Assembly (NCBI RefSeq): GCF_000143415.4
Contig: NW_003314280.1
Location: 2,153,549 to 2,217,548 of the forward strand
Length of the DNA stretch: 64,000 nucleotides
DNA from: Selaginella moellendorffii
Taxonomy: Eukaryota; Plantae; Lycopodiophyta
Direction of reading: 5' to 3'
The notes below the pieces were generated by a model. The model made no database searches and was not told the DNA's origin. It worked only from the letters and a program-made list of their open reading frames with translations. A program made the position numbers and the translations under genes. This document shows, piece after piece, positions 13,501 through 24,397 of this stretch (its first letter is position 1; every line of letters starts with the position of its first letter).

Positions 13501-15826
13501 TATCGAGAATCCAATCAAAGCTACAACAATGCTATTACTTGCAAGTAGGCTAGCTTCTCCATCAACCACTTCAGGGTTGATTATTGTTTAACCAAGTAAC
13601 TTCGTAAACACATTGCTCATTATCACGTGGTTCACAAAGTATCACAATGTTTTGATCATCAATTGAGCAACACCACAAGCAATGCCTTTGTCATTACTTC
13701 AAAGGTTTATATGAGTATCAAGTGTCAACTCGACTCGACAAAATGTAACATAAATGCCACACTCCACCAATAAAGACTTACAACATCCAATACCACTAAC
13801 TTTTGTTCACAACACAGACAAACTCATGCCACTCTTTTTTTGACCAAACTCAAAACTAATCCAACACTAAGCTACTCAAGGAGCAATAGCAAGGTTCCTC
13901 GGAAAAGAATTGAGCATTGCAACCCAAGTCTTCCAATAGCAAGTTTAGACAAAATGATATAGCACTTCATTGTTATCCATCCCACAACTTACCATTTGTA
14001 AAACCATCATTTCCAATATGCACCAAGATAGGGACTCTTGATTGCATATCATGAACATGAGCAATGAGTCACACCTTGTTGCAAATCATCTCTCCAAAAG
14101 AGAAGATGATTTACGTGCATGATCCTTCGTCCCTATGAACTTTTTTTTCGGCCTCATCCTTGACTAAACCTCAAGCTTGCGTTTGCACTGCCTTCAGTCC
14201 AATCCAAGAAAAGTTTATGAGAGAGCATGGCAATGATTACTTGAATCAATAGACTCATCCTTATAGTTTTGATTGATTCACTTATAATCATGCCTAGGAA
14301 GGATCCACTAATGTTGTGCTAAACAGCTACGGACCAACCTATTTGCCACTCATAGCAAACCTAGGGAAAGTTTACTTTCACCCATGGTACATAGAACAAC
14401 TCATAGAACCACCGATAAGCTAACATTAATCCTGCCAACTCAAAGTGTAACCTCAAGTTGCTAATGTGCCTCACTCACGAGCCCAAGCGTAAACTCGTGT
14501 AAACAGAATAACTTAATCCTTCTTATGAGCCCAAGAGCAAGCTCACATTATCACGGTACAAAAAGGTAACAAAAACCATACCCAAGGGACGATTGCGAAG
14601 CCTTTGCACCCAAACGTGTACCCACTCGGATCATCATATTTATCTTTGTGTATGCAACGAGACTAGTTCCCCAATCTCATTGGATAGTACTTGCCGAGAC
14701 CCAAATGTAACGCACGTGGTTTTGACCCTTTATCCTATGGTGATTTACCATAGGATAACACCACAAAGCGGAACCTAAACCCTCTTTGTGCCACGTGTCC
14801 AAAGGAACATGGTGCAAAACTCAAGGTTCAGAGCCTTGGGCCACTGAACAAAGGAACAGTGCCAAACTCCCAAACATGGAGCCAAGGAGTGATGGAACCG
14901 AACCATAGAGCAACTCCCGAGCATAAAGCCCACGGAGCATAGGGATAGGAGCCCGAAGCGACTTGGAACAATCCTAGAGTAACTAGTATCCTAATGCCAG
15001 GACCAGCATATAAAACGGAACCAAACGGAGTCTAGTGCTATTTCGGCATACCGATGGCCTAACGCAAGGACATGGGTACTCCACCAGCTAGCATGGTGTG
15101 GAACTTGGGCTTAGACCTAAGCCGGATGTAGAACAAGGACAGGCACACAAACGGGAGCTAAACTATGCCTCAGGTTGGTCGGCCATGCCCGACCTACCCA
15201 CTATCCCTACTATACATTTGGAACCCCCCACAACCCCCCCCCCCCTTTGAGGAACACACGCTTTGGGCTTTCACCCCAAGCCTCCCTTAGTATCAAGAGT
15301 TAGAGTTAGTCTTTGGGACAAACTTGAAACTTACTAAATATGGAATGGCATTAGATTGCGAATTTGGACATAGGATGAACACCATTGTGTTCAGGACAAC
15401 CTTTACATTCCGTAAACATGCCAAATGAGCAAATCTAGACACTTTCCATAAATAGCATTTAGGACCGAAATGAGACTAACACAAAGGGCATGATAACAAA
15501 GGTGTTTGGCAGACACGGTAAGCTATCATGTAGCGATATTGAGGAACCAATCTCAATACGTGAGGGTTCTTGTCAAGCTAGTGCAAGACAGAGCAAAAAA
15601 GAACTAAGAGCCAAGCCGAGTATGCTCAGCTAGAAACACATAGTTCCTACCTTATGTCCGTCTGACTAAGGACAGATGCTAAACCCAATAAATTAACACT
15701 TGAACAAGAGGGGCTGATAAAGCAAACCAGCAATACCAACCTTCTGCCATCGTGGCAGTAAGGTAAGAGTGTCTGTAAAGACTAGCCGACAGGTAACTTT
15801 CGATACTCGAAGTCACATTCACGATA
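1529..15826 (-). mobile_element. Outer Ty3/gypsy (chromovirus-derived) LTR element, non-coding; LTRs 1529-2645 and 14706-15826
   Basis: ~1.1 kb direct repeats with mutated termini and a 5-bp TSD GTCCT at 1524-1528 and 15827-15831. PPT GGGGGGGAGAG on - at 2646-2656. Eroded chromodomain-like text (LHVHGEIFSHGVATIDW, ~3085-3145) and RT-like text (FVIDIIDV, ~11780-11810). The PBS is largely deleted. Confidence 0.9.
3680..10767 (-). mobile_element. Inner LTR element of the same family nested in the outer copy; LTRs 3680-4691 and 9670-10767
   Basis: TG...CA termini and TSD CTAAG at 3675-3679 and 10768-10772. PPT at 4692-4702, PBS TGGTATTAGAGA on - at 9656-9667. The uninterrupted target (gttgtctaagcaagtgtc) is visible at ~5709-5726. 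No gag-pol ORF. Confidence 0.95.
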
Positions 15827-16697
15827 GTCCTCTTGTGTCCCTTTTCTTGAGACTCACTTATCACTCACTTTGTGCTTGTTCCTCGAGCACTTCATTGGGA
15901 GTTCCACTCCCGCTCTCGACCTTTCAAGTTGAAACTTTCAGTCTTAACATGTTACGCTCATTTAGCTTTCGCTTCGGCCACTACCATGTGGTGCCCTTTC
16001 GACTCCACTTTGGGGTTTAGGGATTTGTGTCTCACAGAGTTTAGGTTTCATTTCGTGGTTATCTTATGATAAATCACTATAGGATAAAGAGTGAAAACCA
16101 CGTGTGCTACAACTTTGAATGAGATAGATTCATGAATTCCCCATGTTAATCAAAATCATTAATATTGTGACATGTGTATATTTTTCTTTTAGTGGGTGAG
16201 TGGAAATTTTGTACGGTGAGAACTTTCTCTATTTTATCCATTCTTACTTCTGAGAAATCTTAGACACAGACAAAGCTACCTATTATCTATATTTGTGTAT
16301 TTCCATCATTATTTATTAACCATGCTCTATTTTCTTTCTTATTCACACCATTGCAATATTTGAACATCAATTCCTTAAGTGTCTAGAGTCCATTTCTAAT
16401 GCCAATTTTATCTTCTTTTAGATGAATCTTATTTATCATATTTGAAAGATGTAATAATTACTGAGATTGATTTAAATAAATCTTACTTTAAAAGTAAAAA
16501 TTTTAGGGAAAAAATATGAACCTTCAACCTAAAATCAAATTTGAATCATCCAAATTAGTCAAAAATAAAATCATTAATAATAATGCGTTTTGACTAAACT
16601 ATTAGTGAGTAAATCAATACCAATATATAAATAAATATAAAGCTCAACCACTTAAAATAAAATAAACAAAAATTAATATATAATATTAACTATTTTC

Positions 16698-17585
16698 TTA
16701 TAAACTACATAAATTATGATTATTTGTATTAGAGTTCCATAAAGCAATATTTGGAAATTTTGCTCTATAGATAACTAAATTACAGTCATTTTGAACCGTG
16801 AAATATGCTGGTAAAAACAAATTATTTTTATCACTCAAATAATTATTAGAATTCCATAATACCTCATTTTTATATCCTAAAACTAGATTTCCATTATTAA
16901 GAAGCTTTAAATAACAATTAAATACTTTTATAAAGGAAAATGACATATCCCAAATTTTATTTTCTTTTGAATATAAAATAAGATCACAATTGATATTTAA
17001 AATCAGTATATTCTTTCCATTTGGAGAAACTAAAAAACTATCACTATGAAGTGCAGTGTTAAAATATAGAATACTAATTTTGATATTGCAATAAAATGAG
17101 TTGTCATTAGTGAGACTTTTGTTATTTGAATATTTTAATAAAGATGTAGAATCATCTTCTTTTAATTTATATTTAAATAAATATGTATTAGTTTCTTTTT
17201 CAAAAGAATCTGAAGAATAAAAATTTATTGTGTCTATAACTGGATATAATACATTCATAAAACCTTGAAATAATGTATGACCATTAATAGTTGAAGTTGA
17301 GCTTTCAATTGAACATTTATTTTTTCGCTTTATAAATACAGAAACAATTCCTTCAGAAGTGTTAACTTCAATATCATCTCCATAAGTAGTTGTATATAAA
17401 GAATTTTTACTTTGGTCAATTTTCCATAATAATTCATAAAATGCTCCAATAATTTTAGCCATATCTTGTGGATTAAAAACACTTACTCTTCCAATTTATG
17501 GTGAGTATTTTGGAGCAATAATTACATTAAAGGATATAAGAACTAAAATTGAAATGACATAAATTTTGTAATTAATTTTTTTCAT
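16698..17585 (-). pseudogene. Secreted protein with C-terminal bulb-type (GNA-related) mannose-binding lectin domain; one in-frame TAA at 17496-17498
   Basis: ATG 17585 gives MKKINYKIYVISILVLISFNVIIA (signal-like), in frame with ORF 16698-17462. The C-terminus has LVSPNG...LLNNGNLVL...LWNSN...QNDCNLVIY...LWNSNT (QxDxNxVxY motif). Intronless and extremely AT-rich. Confidence 0.75.
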
Positions 17586-17859
17586 AATAATTTAATATCT
17601 TAAAATTAAATTATAAATATTCATTTATATAAAAAATATTACTATTTATACTTAGGAAACTTATTAATTTCAAACATTCTACTATTCATAACTTTTATTA
17701 GTTCTATCACCAAAAAACTAATATTTTTTAGTCATTGAACACATGTCAAGTTTTTTAAAGTTTTATTTTTATTAAAAAATCCAAGGTTTTGATACTTATT
17801 TAGAGGTATAATACATTTTTATTAGTCAAACACAAGCATGTTTAACAACATAAAGCACT

Positions 17860-17862
<3 letters not shown>

Positions 17863-17909
<47 letters not shown>

Positions 17910-17922
17910 TATATATATATAT
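17863..17922. repeat. (AT)n/(AC)n microsatellite
   Basis: Directly visible. Other (AT)n tracts lie at ~35852-35877, ~43979-44021 and ~44777-44796. Confidence 0.95.
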
Positions 17923-17999
17923 AGACCTTCTAAATTTAATTTAATTTAATAATTATCATTAAATATAATTTATTAATAAAATTTGTTGCACAACAACAC

Positions 18000-18271
18000 T
18001 TGGTTTGCTTAACAGTAATGAACAGTAATGTTATTCCTATTTTTAATCTAATTGATCAAATTTAATTTTAAGTATGAACATGTTTATAATTTATAAACAT
18101 AAATTTATTCTTAATGCATATTGACCAATTAGATGGTAGAATAAACTAAAATATACTGAAAAGTGTTTAGGAAAGTTTATAAATTATAAACATGTTTATA
18201 AATTAAAAATAATAGATTAGTCTTAATAACTTATATAATAAAATATCCCAAACATTACTTAAGCAAACCAA
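18000..18271. mobile_element. AT-rich foldback/MITE-like element
   Basis: Inverted arms ttggtttgcttaacagtaatg / cattacttaagcaaaccaa, plus inner inverted arms at ~18077-18098 and ~18175-18197. A related copy lies at ~44510-44737. Confidence 0.5.
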
Positions 18272-18394
18272 ATAGTTAAGACACTAAATTCTTTTGTGCA
18301 ATGGTTTTTCATTTAGTACTAATAATAATTTTAGAAGGTATACAATGAATTTTACAAAAGTAAAAAACCTTCAGAAACTAGTTCTAAAACCCTA

Positions 18395-20035
18395 ATGGAT
18401 AATTTACCAGATAGATATCTTCAGTGGATGGCCAAGAACATGAAAAAATCCACCTCAGGGAACTTTGCCAACAACATTCTTGCAAAACGGACTGAGCAAC
18501 CATCAATTCCATTGGAAGCTGATGCTCTTCGCAGCAGACTTGTAAATCAGCTCTGCCACTGCGCTGCAACAAAGGATCTGGTTGAGGGAAAACGTCTCCA
18601 TTCGTTGATTCTCACCTCGTTCGAGCTCCAGCATGATCGTTTCCTGCTTAACACACTGCTCCAAATGTATGGCAAATGTGGTGATATTGCAGCCGCGTGC
18701 CGTGTCTTCGATCAGATCAAGGATCCCAATGTATTCTCCTCTGCAATCTTGATCGCTGCATTTGCCAATAACGGGCATCTTGAGGGCGCACTCCCTGTCT
18801 TTGAAAGAATGCGTGAGTGTGATATAGTTTCCTTCAACACAATTCTCCAAGCTCTTGCGCAGCACTCCAAGCTCGATCAAGCAAAAGTTCTGTTTGACTC
18901 TATGCCCGAGCACAACACTGTCTCCGGCAACACTATTCTATCTGCATATGCCCAAAGTGGGCATTATTCTTATGCAGAGGCAGTGTTCGAATCCATGCCT
19001 CGTGTGGATACCATCACATGTACCGCCATGGCGTCGGCGTATTCCGCCTCCGGGAAACTCGAGCAGGCAAAGGCACTGCTGAATCTTATCCCTGAAAAAG
19101 ACTGCGTTGCATGGAACGTGACCCTAACTGCATATGCCGCTGAGGGGAATCTGGAGAGATGTAAGCAAATCTTTCTGGATATGCCCGAAAAGGACGTAGT
19201 ATCATGGACAGCGCTGCTCCAGGCTTATTCCTTGGCCGGTGACGTAGAAGCAGCAGCATGGGCGTTTGATTCCATGCCCGAGCACGATAGCATCGCTTCA
19301 TCGAATATGCTTCATGCATTTGCCAGCTCCGGGCATCTGGCAGACGCGAGGGCAGTGTACGACCGTGCGCCAGGGCCAAGCACCGCCGCCGGCAACGCCA
19401 TGGTGGCGGCATATGGTATGCACGGTGACGTGCACGCTGCCCTGGCCACCTTCTATGCGATGCCGTACGCAAACGTTACGTCGTGGAACGCTGTCTTGCA
19501 CGCACTTGCCTACGGTACGGGCGTGCATGAGGCGGGGAGATTCTTCGTACGGATCCCTGTGTGGGATGTGGTCTCGTGGAACACGATGATCGTGAGCTAT
19601 GCCCACTCGGGCAATGGGAAGAACGCGATCGATCTCTTCCGGAAGATGGGGCTTCTCGGGATCCATCCAAACGAGATCACCCTGCTGGGCGTGCTTCTCG
19701 CGTGTAGCCACATTGGGAGATTGCGGGAGGGCTGGAGGATCTTGGCGGCGATGGAGGACGATTTCGGCGTGAATCGCAGCGTCGATCACTACTGTGCGAT
19801 GGCCGACGCCGCGGGGAGAATTGGGCAGATCGGAATCGCCGAGCGGCTCATCCAGGAGATGCCGTTCGATGCCGACAATGCCGCCTGGGGCTGCCTGCTG
19901 GGGTCGTGCTTGATCCACAGCGATCTGGAGCGAGGCGCTGCCGCGGCGAAGCGGCTGCTGGAGCTGGATCCTGGGAGTGCCGCTGGGCACGTCCGATTAA
20001 GCAACGTCTTTGCTCCTCGGAGCCAAAAATTCTAG
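18395..20035 (+). CDS. PLS-class pentatricopeptide repeat protein, E-subgroup, no DYW
   Basis: 546-aa intronless ORF with MYGKCG, repeated MPEKDVVSW-type motifs and HYCAMADAAGRIG...MPFDADNAAWGCLLGSC, ending in the E domain. Confidence 0.93.
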   Translation: MDNLPDRYLQWMAKNMKKSTSGNFANNILAKRTEQPSIPLEADALRSRLVNQLCHCAATKDLVEGKRLHSLILTSFELQHDRFLLNTLLQMYGKCGDIAAACRVFDQIKDPNVFSSAILIAAFANNGHLEGALPVFERMRECDIVSFNTILQALAQHSKLDQAKVLFDSMPEHNTVSGNTILSAYAQSGHYSYAEAVFESMPRVDTITCTAMASAYSASGKLEQAKALLNLIPEKDCVAWNVTLTAYAAEGNLERCKQIFLDMPEKDVVSWTALLQAYSLAGDVEAAAWAFDSMPEHDSIASSNMLHAFASSGHLADARAVYDRAPGPSTAAGNAMVAAYGMHGDVHAALATFYAMPYANVTSWNAVLHALAYGTGVHEAGRFFVRIPVWDVVSWNTMIVSYAHSGNGKNAIDLFRKMGLLGIHPNEITLLGVLLACSHIGRLREGWRILAAMEDDFGVNRSVDHYCAMADAAGRIGQIGIAERLIQEMPFDADNAAWGCLLGSCLIHSDLERGAAAAKRLLELDPGSAAGHVRLSNVFAPRSQKF

Positions 20036-20038
20036 GGT

Positions 20039-21598
20039 TCATGAGGGGTATCGTGAAGAATCTAAAAGAATGTAGCTCCCGACCGCGCCGGGATCCAGCT
20101 CAAGCACGCGCTCGGCCGCGCGCTCGGCTCGATCGAAATCACCATGAACTCTACACGCCGCGAGCAGCGTGTTCCAGGCCAGAAAATCTGGCTCGAACGG
20201 CATCACATCGATCACCTCCTCGGCCTCGCGAAGCCTCCCAGTCCGTCCCAGGAGGTCGATCGCGCACACGTAGTGCGCGATCGCCGGGGCCAGCGAGTAG
20301 TCCTGCTCGATCCCGGCGAGGCACTGCCACCCATCCTCGATCATCCCGGCGTGGTTGCAAGCGTAGAGCATCCCAACAATGCTCACTCCATCCGGCGCCA
20401 CGCCCTCGAGCACCATCGCGCGAAAGATATCCACCGCCTTCCTGCCAAATCCATTATGCGCGTAGGCCGTCGCCATGGCCGTCCAGGAGACGATCGTCCT
20501 CGACCAGGAGCTCATCCCCTCGAAAACCTCGCGCGCGCTCTCGATCTCTCCACACCGCCCATAGAGATTCACTACCGCGTTCTTGACGATCACGTTGCTC
20601 CACACAGCGGGGCGGAGGAGGAGATCGCCGTGGAGCGCTCGGCCCTGGGCGATGGCGGTGGTGGCAGCGCACGCGTCCAGGAAGCTCACGAATGTCATCT
20701 CGTTGGCCTCCACGCCCTCGAGATCCATCGCCGTGAACGCAGCCATCGCCTTCTTGCTCTCTCCGTTCTGGCAATGCCCGGTAACCATCGTCGTCCATGC
20801 CACCACGTCGCGCTCGGGCATCCTATCAAACAGCTCCTTTGCTTTAAGCATTTGCCCATTCTGGGCATTTGCTGCGATCATCACGTTCCAAGACACCAAG
20901 TTCCTTTCCGGCATTCTCTCAAACAGATCACTCGCCTGATCAAGCAAGCCATTCTGTGCGTAGCACGAGACAATTGACGTCCACACGACCGTGTTTTTCG
21001 ATTCTATCCTTTCGAAGAGATCTCTACTGCTGGAAACATCGCCAGTGCGGGTAAATGCTGCGATCATCACGACCCAAGACGTCGCGCTTGTGGATCCGAG
21101 CTCCTCCATCCGCGCAAATAACTCCCTGGCCTCGCCGAGCCTCGATGGATTCTCTGCCAAGGCTGCCAGCATCGTGTTCCACGAGACCACATCCTTCTCG
21201 GGCATCGCCGCGAAGAGTGCCCTGGCCAAGTCCAAGTGCCCGTTTTGCGAGAGCGCGGCGAGCGTGATGTTCCAGGAGAAGACATTCGGCCTGTCCAAGG
21301 CGCGGAACACCGCCAGAGCTTGATCGATCTCTCCACACCTGCCAAACATCTCGATCGCGAGATTGCTGAGGTAGAGGCTCCGGCGGAGGTGCTCGCTGGC
21401 GAGAATCCGGGCGTGGGCTCTCCACCCACGCGCCAAATCCCTCGAATTCCCGCATTTTCTGAGGAGAGCCGCGAAGAACTCCCGATTCTCCTCGCCCCGC
21501 GGCCTTGTACCGACGCTGTTCTTCCAGGAAAACTCGCGATCCTTTACCCTCGCGGCAACATCGACTGGGCGAAACGAGCAGCAGGATCCCACTGCCAT
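20039..21598 (-). CDS. PLS-class PPR protein, E-subgroup, no DYW
   Basis: 519-aa intronless ORF with MPERDVVAW repeats and HYVCAIDLLGRTGRL...MPFEPDFLAWNTLLAACRVHG. Confidence 0.93.
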   Translation of the reverse strand: MAVGSCCSFRPVDVAARVKDREFSWKNSVGTRPRGEENREFFAALLRKCGNSRDLARGWRAHARILASEHLRRSLYLSNLAIEMFGRCGEIDQALAVFRALDRPNVFSWNITLAALSQNGHLDLARALFAAMPEKDVVSWNTMLAALAENPSRLGEARELFARMEELGSTSATSWVVMIAAFTRTGDVSSSRDLFERIESKNTVVWTSIVSCYAQNGLLDQASDLFERMPERNLVSWNVMIAANAQNGQMLKAKELFDRMPERDVVAWTTMVTGHCQNGESKKAMAAFTAMDLEGVEANEMTFVSFLDACAATTAIAQGRALHGDLLLRPAVWSNVIVKNAVVNLYGRCGEIESAREVFEGMSSWSRTIVSWTAMATAYAHNGFGRKAVDIFRAMVLEGVAPDGVSIVGMLYACNHAGMIEDGWQCLAGIEQDYSLAPAIAHYVCAIDLLGRTGRLREAEEVIDVMPFEPDFLAWNTLLAACRVHGDFDRAERAAERVLELDPGAVGSYILLDSSRYPS

Positions 21599-21634
21599 GT
21601 CAACATTTCTTACAAGAACTCGAGGCTCACAGCT

Positions 21635-21946
21635 CTAGAAAATCCTGGGAAGGGACTCGACTGGCCTGTTCTTGTTGATCCGGAGAAGCTCCGCCTTCTT
21701 CTTCTCCAGAGCGGCCTCCGTGCGATACTCCCACGCCACGAGCTCGTTTATCGCGTAGGCGCCGATCCCCATGAACAGGACGTGCTCCCATGGATCTGCG
21801 AGCACGAGAGAAAACCATCACCGCCTAGAATCGATCGCTGTTGGCTAGGGCTTACGGCGCATCAGTGGAAGCTTTCGCATGCCGTTGCAGTAGAGCTGAA
21901 TCGCCAGGCCCAGCACGGCGCCCGCTACCGTCGGCGTCGACACCAT
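21635..21946 (-). CDS. NDUFC2: Mitochondrial complex I subunit B14.5b/NDUFC2 (At4g20150-like), 83 aa; exons 21946-21856 and 21795-21635
   Basis: Not in the ORF track. Manual splicing of a 60-nt GT-AG intron gives MVSTPTVAGAVLGLAIQLYCNGMRKLPLMRHPWEHVLFMGIGAYAINELVAWE..., matching the plant RKLPxMRHPWEH signature. Confidence 0.88.
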
Positions 21947-22721
21947 AGCTCCGCTCTAATTTCGCCCTAGCTCGATAAACCTAACTCTGTAAATCAAAGG
22001 GTATGGTAAAAAGGTTTAACGTAGTAGTATAGGATAAATACGCGAAGAAGAAAGGGGGCATGTGCTTTCGAACTAACGACTGACAACTGTACAGAGTACG
22101 TACGTATAAAGTGACAAGCTACACGTTCGTGGCTCACGAGCCATGACCCCAAAGTACCACAAGCATTCTTTACTACTTAGCGATCACCGTGAATGATACT
22201 TTTATTCCTCCCCCCTTCCTCTGCCTTTGATCTTTCCATGTGATCAAACGTTTTGATTGACAGGCGGGAATGAACTGTAAACACCACGCATCGGGTAAAT
22301 TATTTTTAATGGCGGCCTCCCCATGGAGCGGAGATAACGAGATTCGTTGAAAACTACCAAGGTGGTAAGAAAAATATTCCCGTTCAAACCATGGAGATTG
22401 CTAGATTGTGTGTGATTGAGCGGGCCATGTGACCCAAAACCATATAAATATACAAGTAAATGCGCATAGAATGTGGGCATACGTCCGTGGACGGTGGGAT
22501 TGCCGTTGGATCGGTGCGTGCCGGAGTTGCGTTGCACGTGGCACGATCGCCGTCCCAGATATGGCTAGTTTAACGGTAGGCGCTTAAGCTTGATCGGGTT
22601 AAGCCCTACTGTCCTAAAACCCCTTCTTTGTCCCCTTTCTCTATTCTCTCAGAGCTTTGTTTGTCCAGATGATCGGCGCCTTCCTCGGATCGCCTCCTCC
22701 ACCTCCACTCTCGTGTAGTTT

Positions 22722-24397
22722 ATGCGACGCGCGATGCCACAGATGGGGGAGATGACGATGGCGAGGTCGGATCGAGCGGCGCAGCACAGCGCCGAGCAGA
22801 AATCTTCATCGATCAAGAATCATGCGGCGGCAGCGGCGGCGGCAGGGGCGCTATCACCGCCGATGATGAGCAAGGCGCAGGTTGTGTATTACCTCTGTCG
22901 CGGCGGCAAGATCGAGCCGCCACACATGATCGAGGTGCCGCATTCGCACGACGGCCTTCGCCTTCGAGGTAATCGCTCTTGTTTCATGGAAATCTTTGCC
23001 AGGAACCAGAGAAATTTCCCATGATTCCTTCGGTATCTGGCTTGATTCGTGATCTTTCAGATGTGAAGCACCGGTTGACGATATTGCGCGGCGGCGGCAT
23101 GCCAAACATGTTCTCCTGGTCGTGTAAGAGGTATCGAGAAATCAATGTATGTGAATACATCCGCTCATGATTCTTGTGTGCTGTTCTTCTGGCCAGAATG
23201 TACAAGAGCACTTACATATGGCAGGATGTTTGCGACGATGACTCCTTGACTCCAGCATCGGGAGGAGAATACGTCCTCAAGGGATCCGAATATTTCATGG
23301 AAAGCAACAACAACCAAGGTCCATCACCGAAATCTCTCCCTTGTCTCCACTTTCTTCGTGGATCTTACTGTTTTATTGTCGTTTTGGCGGTCACAGAAAA
23401 ACCACTGAAATTCGGAACCGGCCAGGAAGTTCTCCAGAGAAAATTCCGAGGGGCCGAGACATGGCTCAAGGCCTCGTCGGGTTCATTGAGCCCAAAGGAG
23501 TATGCTGCCGCTGGAAGCATCCCAGAGAAAATGCCGGAGAATTGCAGCAGCGTGAGCGTCCAAGCAGTGACCAGCCAGCTGGGGAGTCTCGGTTTGGATC
23601 ATCATAATGGGAAACGCCACGCCCCCGAGGCATCCTCCGGCTCGGACGAGTGTAGCAGCACAAAAAGAGCAAATGGCGGTGGTGGTTTCTCACACGAAGA
23701 CTCCGGAATGCACGACATCAAGGTGTGTGAGGTCTCAAGGCCGCATACCGGGGCACCGTCCATCGACCATGCTTGCACCGTCGCCACACAGACGGAGGAG
23801 AATGGCTACGTTTACTGCCCACCCGACTATAAGTCGTCGGGGAGCTCCACTCCGACGTGCTTTGGGAACGAGAGACGGCATCCCGAGCAACTCGTTCCCA
23901 GCGTTGCTCCGGTTGGCAAAGGTCCCTCCAAGCACGAGGGTGGGAAATTGAAGAGACGGTTTGGAAGGCAGCAGGCCGAGGGGAAAGGGGCCAGTCCCAA
24001 AGTCAAGATGAAGCACAGCGCGGCGTCTTGCGTGTTCCTCCACATCCTCTCCTACTGCGGAGGGGTGGACACCAAGATGCAGAGCAGGGCTCCCACGGAG
24101 ATCACGTCCTCCGAGTACTCATTTGACGGTGGTATATGCAGGGCCGAGAACAAGATGGTGATGACGAGCCAGAACAGGTCCCCGCAGCAGTACTCGATGG
24201 AGCTCCATGGGGGTCATCACCACCACCATCATCAGCTCCCATACCAAGGGATGGACAACAACAGGAGCGGTCCTTTGATCCCTTACAGCTCGGAGTACTT
24301 TGACGTCAAGGAAACAGTGAGCCCGCTCCAATCATCGCCGCTCCAGGCGAAGTCATCGAAAGCCGCCAGCAGGTGCTCTTCTTTTTCTAGCAAGTAG
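22722..24397 (+). CDS. SOK: SOSEKI (DUF966) polarity protein with N-terminal DIX-like domain
   Basis: Spliced text QVVYYLCRGGKIEPPHMIEV...LRLR/DVKHRLTILRGGGMPNMFSWSCKR/MYKSTYIWQDV...EYVLKGSE with introns 22969-23060 and 23131-23196 and a probable third near 23319-23397. TQT and CG motifs are present. Exact start and 3' end are uncertain. Confidence 0.88.

Larger units (their letters stand above)
349..16111 (-). mobile_element. Host LTR sequence (349-1528 plus 15832-16111) interrupted by the nested elements
   Basis: Begins TGTAAG at 349 next to the PBS and ends GCTACA at 16111. The interruption is bounded by the GTCCT duplication. Whether both pieces are one LTR is uncertain (see findings). 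Confidence 0.55.

Noticed and set aside
667-16069. Many short ORFs in the first 16 kb
   Set aside because: They are chance frames in LTRs or eroded gag-pol and recur with the repeats.
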